Positions 50,412 through 63,700 of a stretch of DNA of 64,000 bases are shown here, piece after piece. The position numbers were made by a program, and so were the translations under genes. Each line of letters starts with the position of its first letter. Within the stretch, counting starts at the first letter, position 1. The stretch is from positions 2,914,001 to 2,978,000 of the forward strand of contig OZ176050.1 of the NCBI GenBank assembly GCA_964247055.1, written 5' to 3'. The DNA comes from Paragordius varius. Lineage: Eukaryota; Animalia; Nematomorpha. The notes under the pieces were generated by a model that searched no databases, had not been told where the DNA came from, and saw only the letters and a list, made by a program, of their open reading frames with translations.

Positions 50412-52699
50412 TTCCATATATAGTCCATTGTATTTATAAAATAACTTAATTTTGAAAAAAATATCTTTCAAGGGAAACGCGGGTTAGATTTAAAAAAAAA
50501 TCTTGTATAACAAAGGATACATAATAGATTACAAGCCCAAACCAATTGCATTTTAATTTAACTTACCTAAAATTGTTTAATTTAACTATTAGAGTAAATA
50601 CAGAAATATTTTTCTGTTTTGTCATAAGTGAAAACTTTATAGAGCGGGTTTGGTTTTTGATAATTATACTATTAATTATGTTGTACAATATTATTCATTT
50701 GAATAATAAGTGTAATAAATATTACTAAGGTGAGGAGTTTTTCTTAATTGATTTAGTTAACTGTTCCACTTCAATGAATTTGATTCTAAAAGCTGTCCAG
50801 TTGTGTGTAAAATTTTAAATATACCTATTAGAACCATGTGAAAATTAATACTGGGATTTATAATATAGATTAACACGAACATGCCATATTTTAAGCCTTA
50901 TGGGATTTTAAAATATACGAGACACATTTTTAAATATTTTTTACTTGCAATTATTAATAATAAATTATTTAGTTTATCAATTATTCTGATATACGCAATA
51001 TATGCTAAAATTATAATCCTTAATGATTAATTATTGTGTGCTAGGTAAGAATAGGGAATTGCCATTTATCATTTTGTCTTAATCTTAAATTTTTGGATGT
51101 CGAAATAAATATATATGTACATTTTTTAGCAATAAATACTTAAGGGACAATTTTATAAAAAAATTAATTTCGAGGATTATTTGCGCAACAAGCATTAATC
51201 TTGAAAGATAGATGTTTAGGGACCAAATTGTAATTCTGTATCATTATAATAGTAAATACCCCAGCCAATTTAATAATGTTGCATTGAAATTTTTTGTAAG
51301 TCAGCTAAGCCATCTCCCAATTTACAAGTAAGTCTCTTACACCAGGGAAAATCAGCACGCGCCCCTGTAGCCCGCACGAATCAAGAAAATTACGAAATTT
51401 AAGTAATATTATTTTACTTAAACAAATTTTCTTAATAAATCTTTGCGGATTTTGGCGATGAGCAAAAATTTTAAAGTAAATAATAGATTTTACAGTCTCA
51501 TGTTTAAATCTGATAAAAATTTGAGCCCATATTTTTAACGAGTACGGCGCCCGTAGTAATTTTTGATCCAAAAATACGGGCAACGAAGCCATTAAAATCA
51601 AAAATGAAGTCTATAACATTCGTAATTATATCTAATCTAAGACCTTATAAAAAAATATTAATACATAAAATTTATCCATCTATATATAAATAATTGCCAA
51701 AATTTTATTATTATATATTTTTCGAGTTAAATTTGGGGATAAACTTAAGTTGTAATCGTTAGAACAACAGAATATTGATAAAAAATTTGTATCATTTTTA
51801 AATCTCTGCCTTCTGATCTTATCTGACACATTACAGAATTGAAAAACTAACGAAATAGCATTTAATTAAAAATATAAAAATATATACAGACAGTCCTTCG
51901 CGCACGTAACTGTCAACTTTATTATGTTTTTCTTGCACCCTGACATATAAATTACAATACATAGATAACTAATTTAGTGGGATGTACAAGATTGCATTTG
52001 GAAAACTTAAAAACATCCCTCGAGAATTTTGATATGGATAAATAGTAGAGGCGAGGCATATTTTAATTTTTTTAAAAGATTAATATGGTTTATATGGCAT
52101 AAAATTATTGCATTTATATAATAAAATCAGTGTAGGTTTTAAACCATTTTATCTGAAAACCAGCATGCTTTAATGAATTCTTTTATTTGAAATTTGCTAA
52201 AGTTTTCCTATCGAAAACATAATGAATTATATGTGTTCGCTCATATTCATCAGATGAAAATTAGCCCTTGAGTTTTTGCTAAGAGAACTAGTTAATTTAT
52301 GTGTGTATAAAATGGATGTAGGTTATCTAAAATTTAATAACAATATAATTATTTGGCAAATTATCTATTTATAAATAATAAGCCATTATTAAGTTGTACA
52401 ACATTTTAAAGTCATTGGGCACATCTAACTAAGCGTAATTTTGTGGTATAATTTGTATTAATTTAGGATACTTATAACCGTTAGGAAACGATGGGAAACC
52501 TGCTCAAAAATTCTACACAATAAGCAATAAACATAGGCAATCAAGTAACCTGATTAAAAAATTGGTTTTTGACCAGGTTTGTTGTTTAGCTATAAAAATA
52601 AGTTATAAAAATAGCTGTTAAAATGAGTTAAAGCTTGGATCACGTCGGACCCTAGGGCCTTTCCTTGTTTGAACTGTCGTTGCTGAAGTTAGGTCCAAG

Positions 52700-53820
52700 G
52701 CTTCCAGAACATGTACGTATTCATATATTTTAAACCTCAACCATAGTGTCGCTCACCAAGTATTCTTTTTTGGCAACCATCATCATAAAATTCATTCTTA
52801 TCTTTTCTACAACATCCAAAAATATTGCTTATCAATGCCGCATGGGTTACAGAAAAAGATATTTGTAAAGTACATCCTCAAAACACGATTTACTTATACC
52901 ACATCTGTTGTATATGAACAGGGAGAAATAGTGAGTAGGATGAATCTACCTCATGCATAGGTAAAACTGTCAGTTGACGAAGACGCGACTTTTATATTTG
53001 CGCATTAAGACGATACTTTGCCACTTGAAATGCTGATAGACGTTTTAAAGAATATGACAGCTGCTCACTTGAGTTACAATTATGTCGGGTCAAAACAGTA
53101 TCCAGCATCACAAACGTCGATGCTAGTTTAAGACTACCACTGAACTTGGAATTTAGGTTAGTGCTGTCCATCATAGATGGAAGGAAGCCTGGCTATGTGC
53201 AAGAGGTTTCATCCGACAAAAATATATATTAATTTTGACCTATTCCGAAAAATGGACAAAAGCCACATTTTTTCAACAGAAACATTTTTCCAAAGTTTCG
53301 CCATTACGGCCGCCTTTTTTTCTCACGACTTTCATCGCCCATATAACTTTTGTGTGGAATCATACGATTGACTTGTGCATTAAAATCCGCAAAAGGATAT
53401 CTTTTGATCTATGATCTATAATTGCTTATTTTAATTGAAATAAACTCAACTATAAAATCGGGACTTTTATGACAAAAAGTTCAATAGCTTGTCGCCTAAG
53501 GTTCCATTACTCCGGAAATACTTATTATTGACAGGGAAGCATTGATAATTAAATCAATCCAAGGCCACGAACAATTATATCAGTCTATCAGGAAGGGCTC
53601 TATGGAAGACGAATTAGGAAACGATTATATGGTATAAGGGGCGAACGTGACGCAAATGCTATATCAGGACCATAATAATTAAACAGTTTTTCTGCCACAT
53701 CTAACGGGTCTTCGCCAAAGGTATTAACTGTATACTCTGGAATAATTTAAACCTTGTAAAGAGCCACAACGTTGGAATACCTGCAGAGAGTTAGTAAAAT
53801 TTGGTTGAAGCGCGTTAAAA
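52700..53820 (+). pseudogene. Possible decayed Helitron Rep/helicase coding remnant
   Basis: Plus-strand segments KVHPQNTIYLYH, ALRRYFAT, SLRLPLNL, FFSHDFHRP, QGHEQLYQSI, FLPHLTGL and NNLNLVK...NLVEA resemble RepHel/PIF1 motifs in the expected order. Heavily degenerate. Confidence 0.45.
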
Positions 53821-53910
53821 AATACGAGAGACAATCATGCTATATGTATAACTAAAATTGAAAATATATGTTATATTAAACACTGACCATAGTGCCATTG
53901 TTTTATAATA

Positions 53911-54085
53911 CAGTAGGGAATGGCATACAACAATATTAGTCCATAAAAAAATAAAAAAATGTTGTATTTTAAAAAAAAACAAGGGGATATTATGGATATG
54001 TGTATCTACAACTAGGCTTATGTTTTTAAAAAAACATTTCTTTGTTCATTTATGGACTAATAATGTTTTATGCCATACGCTACTG
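53911..54085. mobile_element. Tc1/mariner-type MITE (175 bp)
   Basis: TA on both flanks. Imperfect TIRs of about 35 bp: CAGTAGGGAATGGCATACAACAATATTAGTCCATAAA and TTTATGGACTAATAATGTTTTATGCCATACGCTACTG. Confidence 0.8.
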
Positions 54086-56788
54086 TAAATAGTTCAGTGC
54101 GAAAAGTTAGAGCTAATAAATAAACTGTATTCATTACCCGTGCGACAGTTGGCCAACGATCAGAAAGGGTATACATATTAACTTGCGGGGAATAGAGAAA
54201 TAGATCTTTATTGGCTAGTTTTTAAATTTTAAATATTCAGTTTAAAAGCCCAAAGCAACGGTCGCTTACCGCTTAAAAATCACTACAAACTCTTTTCTAA
54301 AAATAACCAAATTATTTTATGAATCTAACTAATGACCTATTTCAAACCTGTATTTATATATCCATAGCAGTTGATAAGTAAAATAGTCGATGATTTTAGC
54401 AAAACAAAGAAATATTGAGATATACAGACATGATTGTCAGCAGTTTTTTACTGGTTTATACAATTTAAGATTATTTTTACTTTTATTTGACCAAAAATTT
54501 GTTTTATTGAAGCTTAATGAAAAAAGGTTACTTTCAATATTTTATCAATAATAATGTGAAGACGTTATGTCTGTTGATGAAATAAATTCCGATTACACAT
54601 GTAATATTATTTGTTAAACAAAAGCGTATATTGAATAATTTTAATTATATAATTTATATTTCTTATATTTAATATAAATATTTAACACGGCATATGATAT
54701 AATGAACAGCAAATATAGAATTAGATTGAATAATTACATCTTGTTGTACATGTTCTCTATCTCTGATTAAAAATATTTTTAAATCATTACTAGAAAATAA
54801 TTATGTATTAATTTTTGTGGAATTCTACATTTTTTGTTTTAAGTTTTTAAAAAATAATTTATATATTATATTATTGATTATCTATTGAAATGTACTCCAT
54901 GAGTATTATATTTAAATTTAGGCAACAATCCCATAATTTAGAAATATTTTATAATTTATTTTTCTTGATTTAGAGACACGCATTCAAGTTCCGCACACAT
55001 ATTTTTGTATATTGCATTACCAATATATATATATTTATTCCAATGCATGCATACATGCTTTGCCATTGTAAAATTTCCCAATAACTAAATTATTTTTAAA
55101 GAAAAGGAATTCATAAAAGTTAGTTATATATATATATATAGTGTGCTATTTAAATTAAAAAGATATCTTAAATATCTGTTACATAATGTATAAATAAATA
55201 TATATTTTGATAATCAATAATCACTTGTTAACTTTTATGTGTGTTCTGAAATGCATTATCCTTAATTTTAACAAAAAACTATTATTACAAAGATCTCGTG
55301 AATTAAAATGGTAAAATTCATAATGTTATTTTATTGATTGGAATTCTTTTTGATAAAATAAAGTATGATTGTATCATTTTTTGCAAAAAATTGGTTTAAA
55401 CCAACAAAACACCCTCCCTTTCCAATCTATTAATCGATCAATCAATCAACGCTCTGTTCTTTGCGTATTTTATGACTATGCGAAAAGTACTAAATATATA
55501 CCATTTGATGATATTAACTTTAAAATATAATTAATAAATGATTATTCAAAATTCAATTTGATTAAATTGACCACGCGAAATGTTAAAATATTATATTTTG
55601 AATGGTATTTTAATTTTAAATAAATTATCTATTTTAAAATATGTTTCTTATATTGAATAATTTATTAATTTATTGCTAAAGTTGCAAATAAGGGTCAAAA
55701 ACTTTTCATACAGCTTTCTAAATGTATATACGCACGCGATTTGTTTCCTTTGAAATAACTTCAACTCTATTGCCAACAATCTCCGAATTTATACAAGAAC
55801 TGATGACTAAATGTGGGAATTTTTAACCTATTTAATATATCATCTTTAGCATGGTAATAATAATAACAATTACAGTTTAAGAAAAAATTAATTTCTCGTG
55901 TGCATAAAAAAAACACTATAAATTATCGTTATCGAATATTATCTAAACAACCTATATGCACCACATATCACCACCAATAATAAAATAAATTAATACTGGA
56001 AAATGTTCATTTTTTCCATATTTTCGCATTCTTAACCATAGAAATAGTATATGACTTAAACTTACAATTTTTATATCCAATCATCGATAATATATAATTC
56101 TTATTTATCATGATCAATCATCGCATAAAAATAACGGAATAATCCTTTTTTATTTCAATGGGTTTCTCAGTCTCAAATCTAATTGCTTAATTTTATAAAT
56201 ATTATTTTATTATCCCTAGCTATTTCAAATCAACCAAATTTATCGACTATGTCGAATAAAACTTTTAATTACCGCCCGCACAGTGGAATCAAATAAATTT
56301 TTTGCCTATTGTATATTAAAAAGTTTGGATCGCCACTTAATTTAACTGCTTCAAAAGTTCGCTTTTATATATTTAATTAATTAATATGGAAACTTGGTTG
56401 ATTAACTAATTTCCAATTAATATAGCTTAATAATATGCTATCTGTCATGCTTTTTTAATTATAAAATGGCCATCAATCTCTTAAACATTGTTTCGCCTTA
56501 ATAAAATGTAATACTACCATATTGCCTATGGATAATACGTGAAGAAGGCAGCACCAATTTAAAATTCATGTCGACAAAATGACCATGTTTCAAGAATAAG
56601 ATTTATAGCATAGCACGTATTTTATTAATATTAAACTTCTCTCCCATCCTCGCACAAGTTCTCATGATACATGGCCGTTATTCGATATATCTTATTCATT
56701 GAAACAATACATCATAAACGAAAAAGAAAGACCGAACCTAATAGCTGGCGTTAAAACTGTATATTGGATTGATATATATAGATATTCG

Positions 56789-57352
56789 ATGAAAATATTG
56801 CAATATCAAAAGCTGCCCTTGTTCATTCTCACCATTCTAGTCATGATGATGGCAAATTTGGCCCAAAGTTACAGATCATTAACGAATGCGCCACCAAATA
56901 TTATTGATTCGGGATGGGATGTATCTAATATATATTCCATTCTTTCCGAAAATTTTACGCATTTACACCATATACCAGAGTATAAAACATGTTATCCTAC
57001 AACATCTTACTTCAATGCAAGAGGCATTGTAAAAAGATATGTTCCAATGTACGATTTTCGGTTTCGTAAAATACCTATCAATGTTTTGGGCCTATTCCCA
57101 TATCTCACGCAAACTCATGCGACTAAAGAATTTAAAGAAGCCCTATTACGGAATTTAATGACAGAATTCGATGCCAGAAATTTTATAATGCAAGTTAGGC
57201 GTGAAGCAAGGGCTGATGTTTTACCAGCTGTACATTTAGCTCAAACACACATGTTAAAAGGGCCCTTCCTTAAAAATTCACCAAACAAACTTCAGAAATT
57301 CATCACACATTCACGTTTTTATTACCCAGATTTGACGATCGTTAAAACAAAG
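56789..57352 (+). CDS. Orphan secreted protein, first exon (188 codons)
   Basis: MKILQYQKLPLFILTILVMMMANLAQS resembles a signal peptide. Long open frame ending AAG|GTAAAT. The downstream exon is unresolved. Confidence 0.65.
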
Positions 57353-57721
57353 GTAAATTTTTTTAAACTGTAAAGTTCGAAAATTTATAGGTTGAATTAA
57401 CGAAAAATAAGCCATTTAATTTGTTGGTATATTAATAATATATTTAATAAAAGATATAGCAAATATTTTAAAAAAACTTTAAATTTAACCTTGATAATCC
57501 TAGTATGGTTTATGGCTTTTTTGATCATAAAAATTAATTGTTTTTATAGTTTTTTCTCTAATTTAATTAATAATTTTAATGCCAAATTCGTTTGGTTCAA
57601 AGTATATATTTTGTGCTTCTAGAGAAAGTATGCGGATCTAAAATAAATTGATATATTCATAACTTTGATTTTTTGGTAGTAGTCCTAAAGCGATTTTATG
57701 CGAAATTTAGCGGTCTCTAAT

Positions 57722-60608
57722 CATAAGAGGTCAAACGGAATTTTTTTAGATTATCAATATAATGTGAATTATACCATGAACTTTTATGTTTTTTTATCTG
57801 TTACAAATTGTTCAAATGAAAAATTTAGGCATTTATTTCCTATAAAATATTAGAAAACTAATTATCAAATAATATAAATAAGCACATATATTAGATAGTT
57901 TGATTGTGTTCTCTTATCAAAAATATTTAAAACAAATACAATGTATAATTTGTTTACGGACTAAATATCTATATATATAGATAATGAAACAGCAAAGCCT
58001 TCTACCGTTACAATTGATGTAAAATGTTTTAAAATGTTCAAATTTTTAAACTCAAACTTATATCGTAAAAACACATATAAGCAGATATCGCGTGAAGACA
58101 AAATAAGACTATTTACTCAGATTTTTTTCTCTTACTCTTATATACCAGTTCTTTTAATTTTATATGATTAGTTTCTTTACTTTTGTTAAAATTAATATGT
58201 ATTTTATAGTTGTATAAAATAAACAAACTTTTACTGACGTCATAGTTAAGCATATGATAAAAATGATTATCATATAAACACCTAAATTTTATCAAAAAAA
58301 CTGACCAAATAATTTCATATAAAACATTTTTTTCTATATAGTTAAAATTGTAATGAAGTATTTCGCACCAAAAGATATTAATATGTGCCCATATTTTAAT
58401 TTAATATGAAGCAATCACCATAAAAGTCGGATAAAATTTCTCATATCCCCTGTAAGGCCCAAAACCAAAAGCAACTTGAAAATATTTATATATTTTATAA
58501 TTTTTATCATCATATTTTTTTACTCTCAGAATTTGTACAAATATTAAAAATCTAAGTTAATTTTATGGGATAATTTATTGATAAAAAGTCGTATCAAGCA
58601 AAAATAATTTGATGGCCAAATAAAATATTTTTTGTTTCAAGGGCCGTACACATATACTACCGATATAAATTGTATTATTTAGTTTAAAATATAAAAATAA
58701 TTATTTTTTATACTATTATGTATTCAAATATTTAATGTTATTATGCCGCCTCTCATGTGTAAAAGAGAGATCAGTAACAACTTGTGCACATTAATTATAT
58801 GAGAATTCGGTTTATATCTCGAAATCTGGTTCAAAATATACAGAAATATATTATTTTATATTTATTAAGATTTTCTACTTCCATTAACTATAATTATTCT
58901 TCATTTCCTTGGCTAAATTGGTACTCGACGGCTGGTTGGATTGAAAATTATCATTAGTTGTGATATCTGTTGCCATGCATAAATATAGTGCACATTAACA
59001 CTGTATTACCTTTTCATTTTTTTGTTTTCGATCACATTTTGGGTAGTTTTAGATTTATTTCAGTTTTACATTTTTTAAAATTTTTTAATTTATGAAATCT
59101 TGAATGATTTTTTTAATTTGGTCCATTTTAACTACTTTTTGAAAAAAATTTAATTCAAAATTGATCTGGGGTACAAAAACTACCCCCAAAGATATAGTAC
59201 TGTTAAATACGTTTATTATTGGGTAATTTGACAAAAATCATTGATATTATAAACCATTTGTATAGAATGAAGTTTTCATTATTCACATTTTTTATTTCGA
59301 ATATAGTCCTGAGTTATACCAAGTTGTTTTGCAATCATTTATCCAGCATATTAATTGATAAATTATACCTTTAGGCTATTTTTTATAAAAAGTAAGAGTA
59401 CTCAAAATTATTGTATTTACACAATAGAAACTTTTTTTTAAATAGGCAATAACTAAAACTTAATCTAAATAAATTTGAGTTATCAAAACTATTTAAATTA
59501 AAATGGTTACTAACTACTATAACTTAGAAAAATTCATTAATCTTAAACAATAATTTTAAAAATTATCTGTTAGGTATTTGTGATAAAAATTAGTTTAATA
59601 CTTGCTTTTTATTATTATGTCATATTTCACCAGCAAACGAATGAAGAATTAAACAAATATTATACCATTTTGACCGTTTGAAAGAGATTTTAATGATCCT
59701 AAAATTATCGAATCGTGGATTTTTAATTTTATTATTTTTTGTTCTTCCTTGTTTTTCCTATGGAAAATTGAGAGTATACGACTAAATATCTTTTTATCAT
59801 TATTGACTTTTTGTTCTTCATTCTGGGTATTATGATGAGGACCAGTCTGGGGTTGGCGGCCCCCAGAGTGTCCGTGAGATGACTTGTTTTTCGAAATTGA
59901 TAGTTTTAAGAGATTTTTAAATTTCAGTTGGCAGGTATTTGTTTTTAATTCTGCATTTTCCTTTTTACAACCAATGAATATGGTTAATATATTCTTTTTA
60001 TTGCTATTGACTTTTTGAGATATTTTTGGGTTTCTGCATTCTCCAGAAGCACTTTGGGGTTGGCGGCCCCCAAAGGCCCTGTTAAATGCTCGTTTCAAAG
60101 GTGAATTGTTTTGATTTTTTATTTTCGAATCTGAATGTAAATTGAATATAATAAATTTTATATAACGTTTTTAAGATTTAATTTTAATTTCCCGTTTTTA
60201 AAAGGTAAATCCATTCTTGTTTTAAAAGCGAGGAATTAGTATATGCGTCTAATTTATAATTTGCGAAAAAAATGTGTAATTTTTGTTCTATGACATAGGT
60301 CAGGTTTATAAATTTCTATACTATAACATATATTTTGTTAAAAGTACTTATTCAACCAAAATTACTTTATTAATTTAATAAATATTTTTACTTTGTGATG
60401 ATAAGAGCCCTTCTCCCATTTGGTTAGGGGGAATTTCGTTGAGGAAGTAGGACTCCCTTGTTTCTGCGTTTATATTTTCATTCAGCTTTTCTTTGATTAC
60501 GTTTTGGCGGTTTATTGATTTGATGCATATGAATGGGTTGAAATCTGCAATTATAATATACCGTCAAATTCAGTATTATGTAGTAACCATATGCAATTTA
60601 TTTTAATA
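57722..60608 (-). repeat. Copy 2 of the inverted segmental duplication
   Basis: Reverse-complement homology to 35225-38173, cut exactly at the Helitron CTAG at 60609. Confidence 0.9.
59649..60544 (-). CDS. Paralog of the NPF-motif gene, last two exons
   Basis: Exons 60544-60392 (153 nt, 11 differences from 35294-35446) and 60130-59649. Splice sites and reading frame intact. Upstream exons are not in the window. Confidence 0.7.
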
Positions 60609-60771
60609 CTAGCGTGAATCTCGTGCTGCTACGCAGCCCGAGGAAGTCCTTCGGACTTCTGGGGGGGGGGGGGGGGTGGGGGGGGGTTCGAAGTGTGGAT
60701 TTAAATGGGTCTACCGTTTTTCCTGTACCAGATCACAAAGCCAGCATTTTCCATTTTTATAAATATATAGA
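60609..60771 (-). mobile_element. 163-bp mini-Helitron with both termini and an expanded G tract
   Basis: A|TC at 60771, hairpin plus CTAG at 60609-60612 followed by T, and G16-T-G9 at 60661-60686. Confidence 0.8.
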
Positions 60772-63700
60772 TTACCATAAATAATGTATTAATATCCATA
60801 TATCTTTTAACATGCTATACATATGATAGATACTCCTTACTCAGCATCTATCATCAAAGAAACGCTTGACTAAAATTTTTGCCTTTTAACAGGCAATACG
60901 AAAAAACCTTCTCGAATTTTTACAGTCTCATACCGTGGGCAAAAAAATACAATCAAAAAATTATTTTTGTGGACTTTTTTGAAAAAAATGGCATTTTACG
61001 GGGGGAGCGGGTAAAAAGAGGGCTTAAATCAAAAAAGTGAGTCGACTATGTTCAGTGCGATCAAAAATAAGTAAACAAAAATCATATTTGAAATTGAATG
61101 GTCCAACACGTTCTTCAAAAAATTGACTTAACCCATTTTTCTCACGGGGTGGGCCCAAACTGGTGACCTAATTCCAAAAAAGGGCGAAGCTATTGTCGGG
61201 GCATTCATTAATGATTAAATTTTTTCGATGTTTGGATTTGAATGGGTGCACCGGTTTTCCGAAAACAGATCACAAAGTTGCAGGAGAAATCAGTTTTTAG
61301 CGGGTAGCTCCTTACCCAGCAGCTATCATCAAAGAAACGGTGGACTAAAATTTTTGCCTTTTAACAGGGAATACGTGGAATCCATACTCAAATTTTACGG
61401 TCTCATACCTAGGGCGAAAAATCAATTTAAAAAAATATTTTTGTGGACTTTGTTTTTTGAAAAAGGTGGCATTTTACGGGGGGAGCGGGTAAAAAGAGGG
61501 CCTAAATCAAAAAAGTGGCTCGACTATGTTCGGCGCAATCGAAAATAAGTAAACAAAAATCATATTTGAAATTGAATGGTCCAACACGTTCTCCGGAAAA
61601 TTGTCTCAAAGACACGATTTTTGTGGACTTGTGTTTTAAAAAAAAACCCGTTTTTCATACGGGGTGGGCCCGAACTGGGGGCCTATTTTAAAAAAAGGGC
61701 GAAGCTATTGTCGGGGCATTCATTAATGATTATATTTTTTCGAAGTTTGGATTTGATTGGGTCTACCGGTTTTCCTGTACCAGATCACAAAGCCAGCATT
61801 TTCCATTTTTATAAATATATAGATTACCATAAATAATGTATAAATATCCATATATCTTTTAACATGCTATACATATGATAGATACTCTTTACTCAGCATC
61901 TATCATCAAAGAAACGCTTGACTAAAATTTTTGCCTTTTCTCAGGGAATACGAAAAATCTTTCTCGAATTTTTACAGTCTCATACCTTGGGCAAAAAAAT
62001 ACAATCAAAAAATTATTTTTGTGGACTTTTTTGAAAAAAATGGCATTTTACGGGGGGAGCGGGTAAAAAGAGGGCTTAAATCAAAAAAGTGAGTCGACTA
62101 TGTTCAGTGCGATCAAAAATAAGTAAACAAAAATCATATTTGAAATTGAATGGTCCAACACGTTCTTCAAAAAATTGACTTAACCCATTTTTCTCACGGG
62201 GTGGGCCCAAACTGGGGACCTAATTCCAAAAAAGGGCGAAGCTATTGTCGGGGCATTCATTAATGATTAAATTTTTTCGATGTTTGGATTTGATTGGGTT
62301 CACCGGTTTTCCGGAAACAGATCACAAAGTTATATGAAAAATCAGTTAGCGGGTAGCTCCTTACCCAGCAGCTATCATCAAATAAACGGTAGACTAAAAT
62401 TTTTGCCTTCTAACAGGCAATACGTGGAATCTTTATTGAATTTTTACGGTCTCATACCTAGGGCGAAAAATCGATTTAGAAAATTATTTTTGTGGACTTT
62501 GTTTTTTGAAAAAGGTGGCATTTTACGGGGGGAGCGGGTAAAAAGAGGGCCTAAATCAAAAAAGTGGCTCGACTATGTTCGGCGCAATCGAAAATAAGTA
62601 AACAAAAATCATATTTGAAATTGAATGGTCCAACACGTTCTCCGGAAAATTGTCTCAAAGACACGATTTTTGTGGACTTGTGTTTTAAAAAAAAACCGTT
62701 TTTCATACGGGGTGGGCCCGAACTGGGGGCCTATTTTAAAAAAAGGGCGAAGCTATTGTCGGGGCATTCATTAATGATTATATATTTTCGAAGCTTGGAT
62801 TTGAATGGGTCTACCGGTTTTCCTGTACCAGATCACAAAGCCAGCATTTTCCATTTTTATAAATATATAGATTACCATAAATAATGTATTAATATCCATA
62901 TATCTTTTAACATGCTATACATACGATAGATACTCCTTACTCAGCATCTATCATCAAAGAAACGCTTGACTAAAATTTTTGCCTTTTAACAGGCAATACG
63001 AAAAAACCTTCTCGAATTTTTAGAGTCTCATACCTTGGGCAAAAAAATACAATCAAAAAATTATTTTTGTGGACTTTTTTAATGGCATTTTACGGGGGGA
63101 GCGGTTAAAAAGAGGGCTTAAATCAAAAAAGTGAGTCGACTATGTTCAGTGCGATCAAAAATAAGTAAACAAAAATCATATTTGAAATTGAATGGTCCAA
63201 CACGTTCTTCAAAAAATTGACTTAACCCATTTTTCTCACGGGGTGGGCCCAAACTGGGGACCTAATTCCAAAAAAGGGCGAAGCTATTGTCGGGGCATTC
63301 ATTAATGATTAAATTTTTTCGATGTTTGGATTTGATTGGATTCACCGGTTTTCCGGAAACAGATCACAAAGTTATATGAAAAATCAGTTAGCGGGTAGCT
63401 CCTTACCCAGCAGCTATCATCAAATAAACGGTAGACTAAAATTTTTGCCTTCTAACAGGCAATACGTGGAATCTTTATTGAATTTTTACGGTCTCATACC
63501 TAGGGCGAAAAATCGATTTAGAAAATTATTTTTGTGGACTTTGTTTTTTGAAAAAGGTGGCATTTTACGGGGGGAGCGGGTAAAAAGAGGGCCTAAATCA
63601 AAAAAGTGGCTCGACTATGTTCGGCGCAATCGAAAATAAGTAAACAAAAATCATATTTGAAATTGAATGGTCCAACACGTTCTCCGGAAAATTGTCTCAA

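Noticed and set aside
56699-56788. Track start of the 224-aa ORF
   Set aside because: It is a TTG start. The ATG at 56789 directly precedes a signal-peptide-like segment and is preferred.
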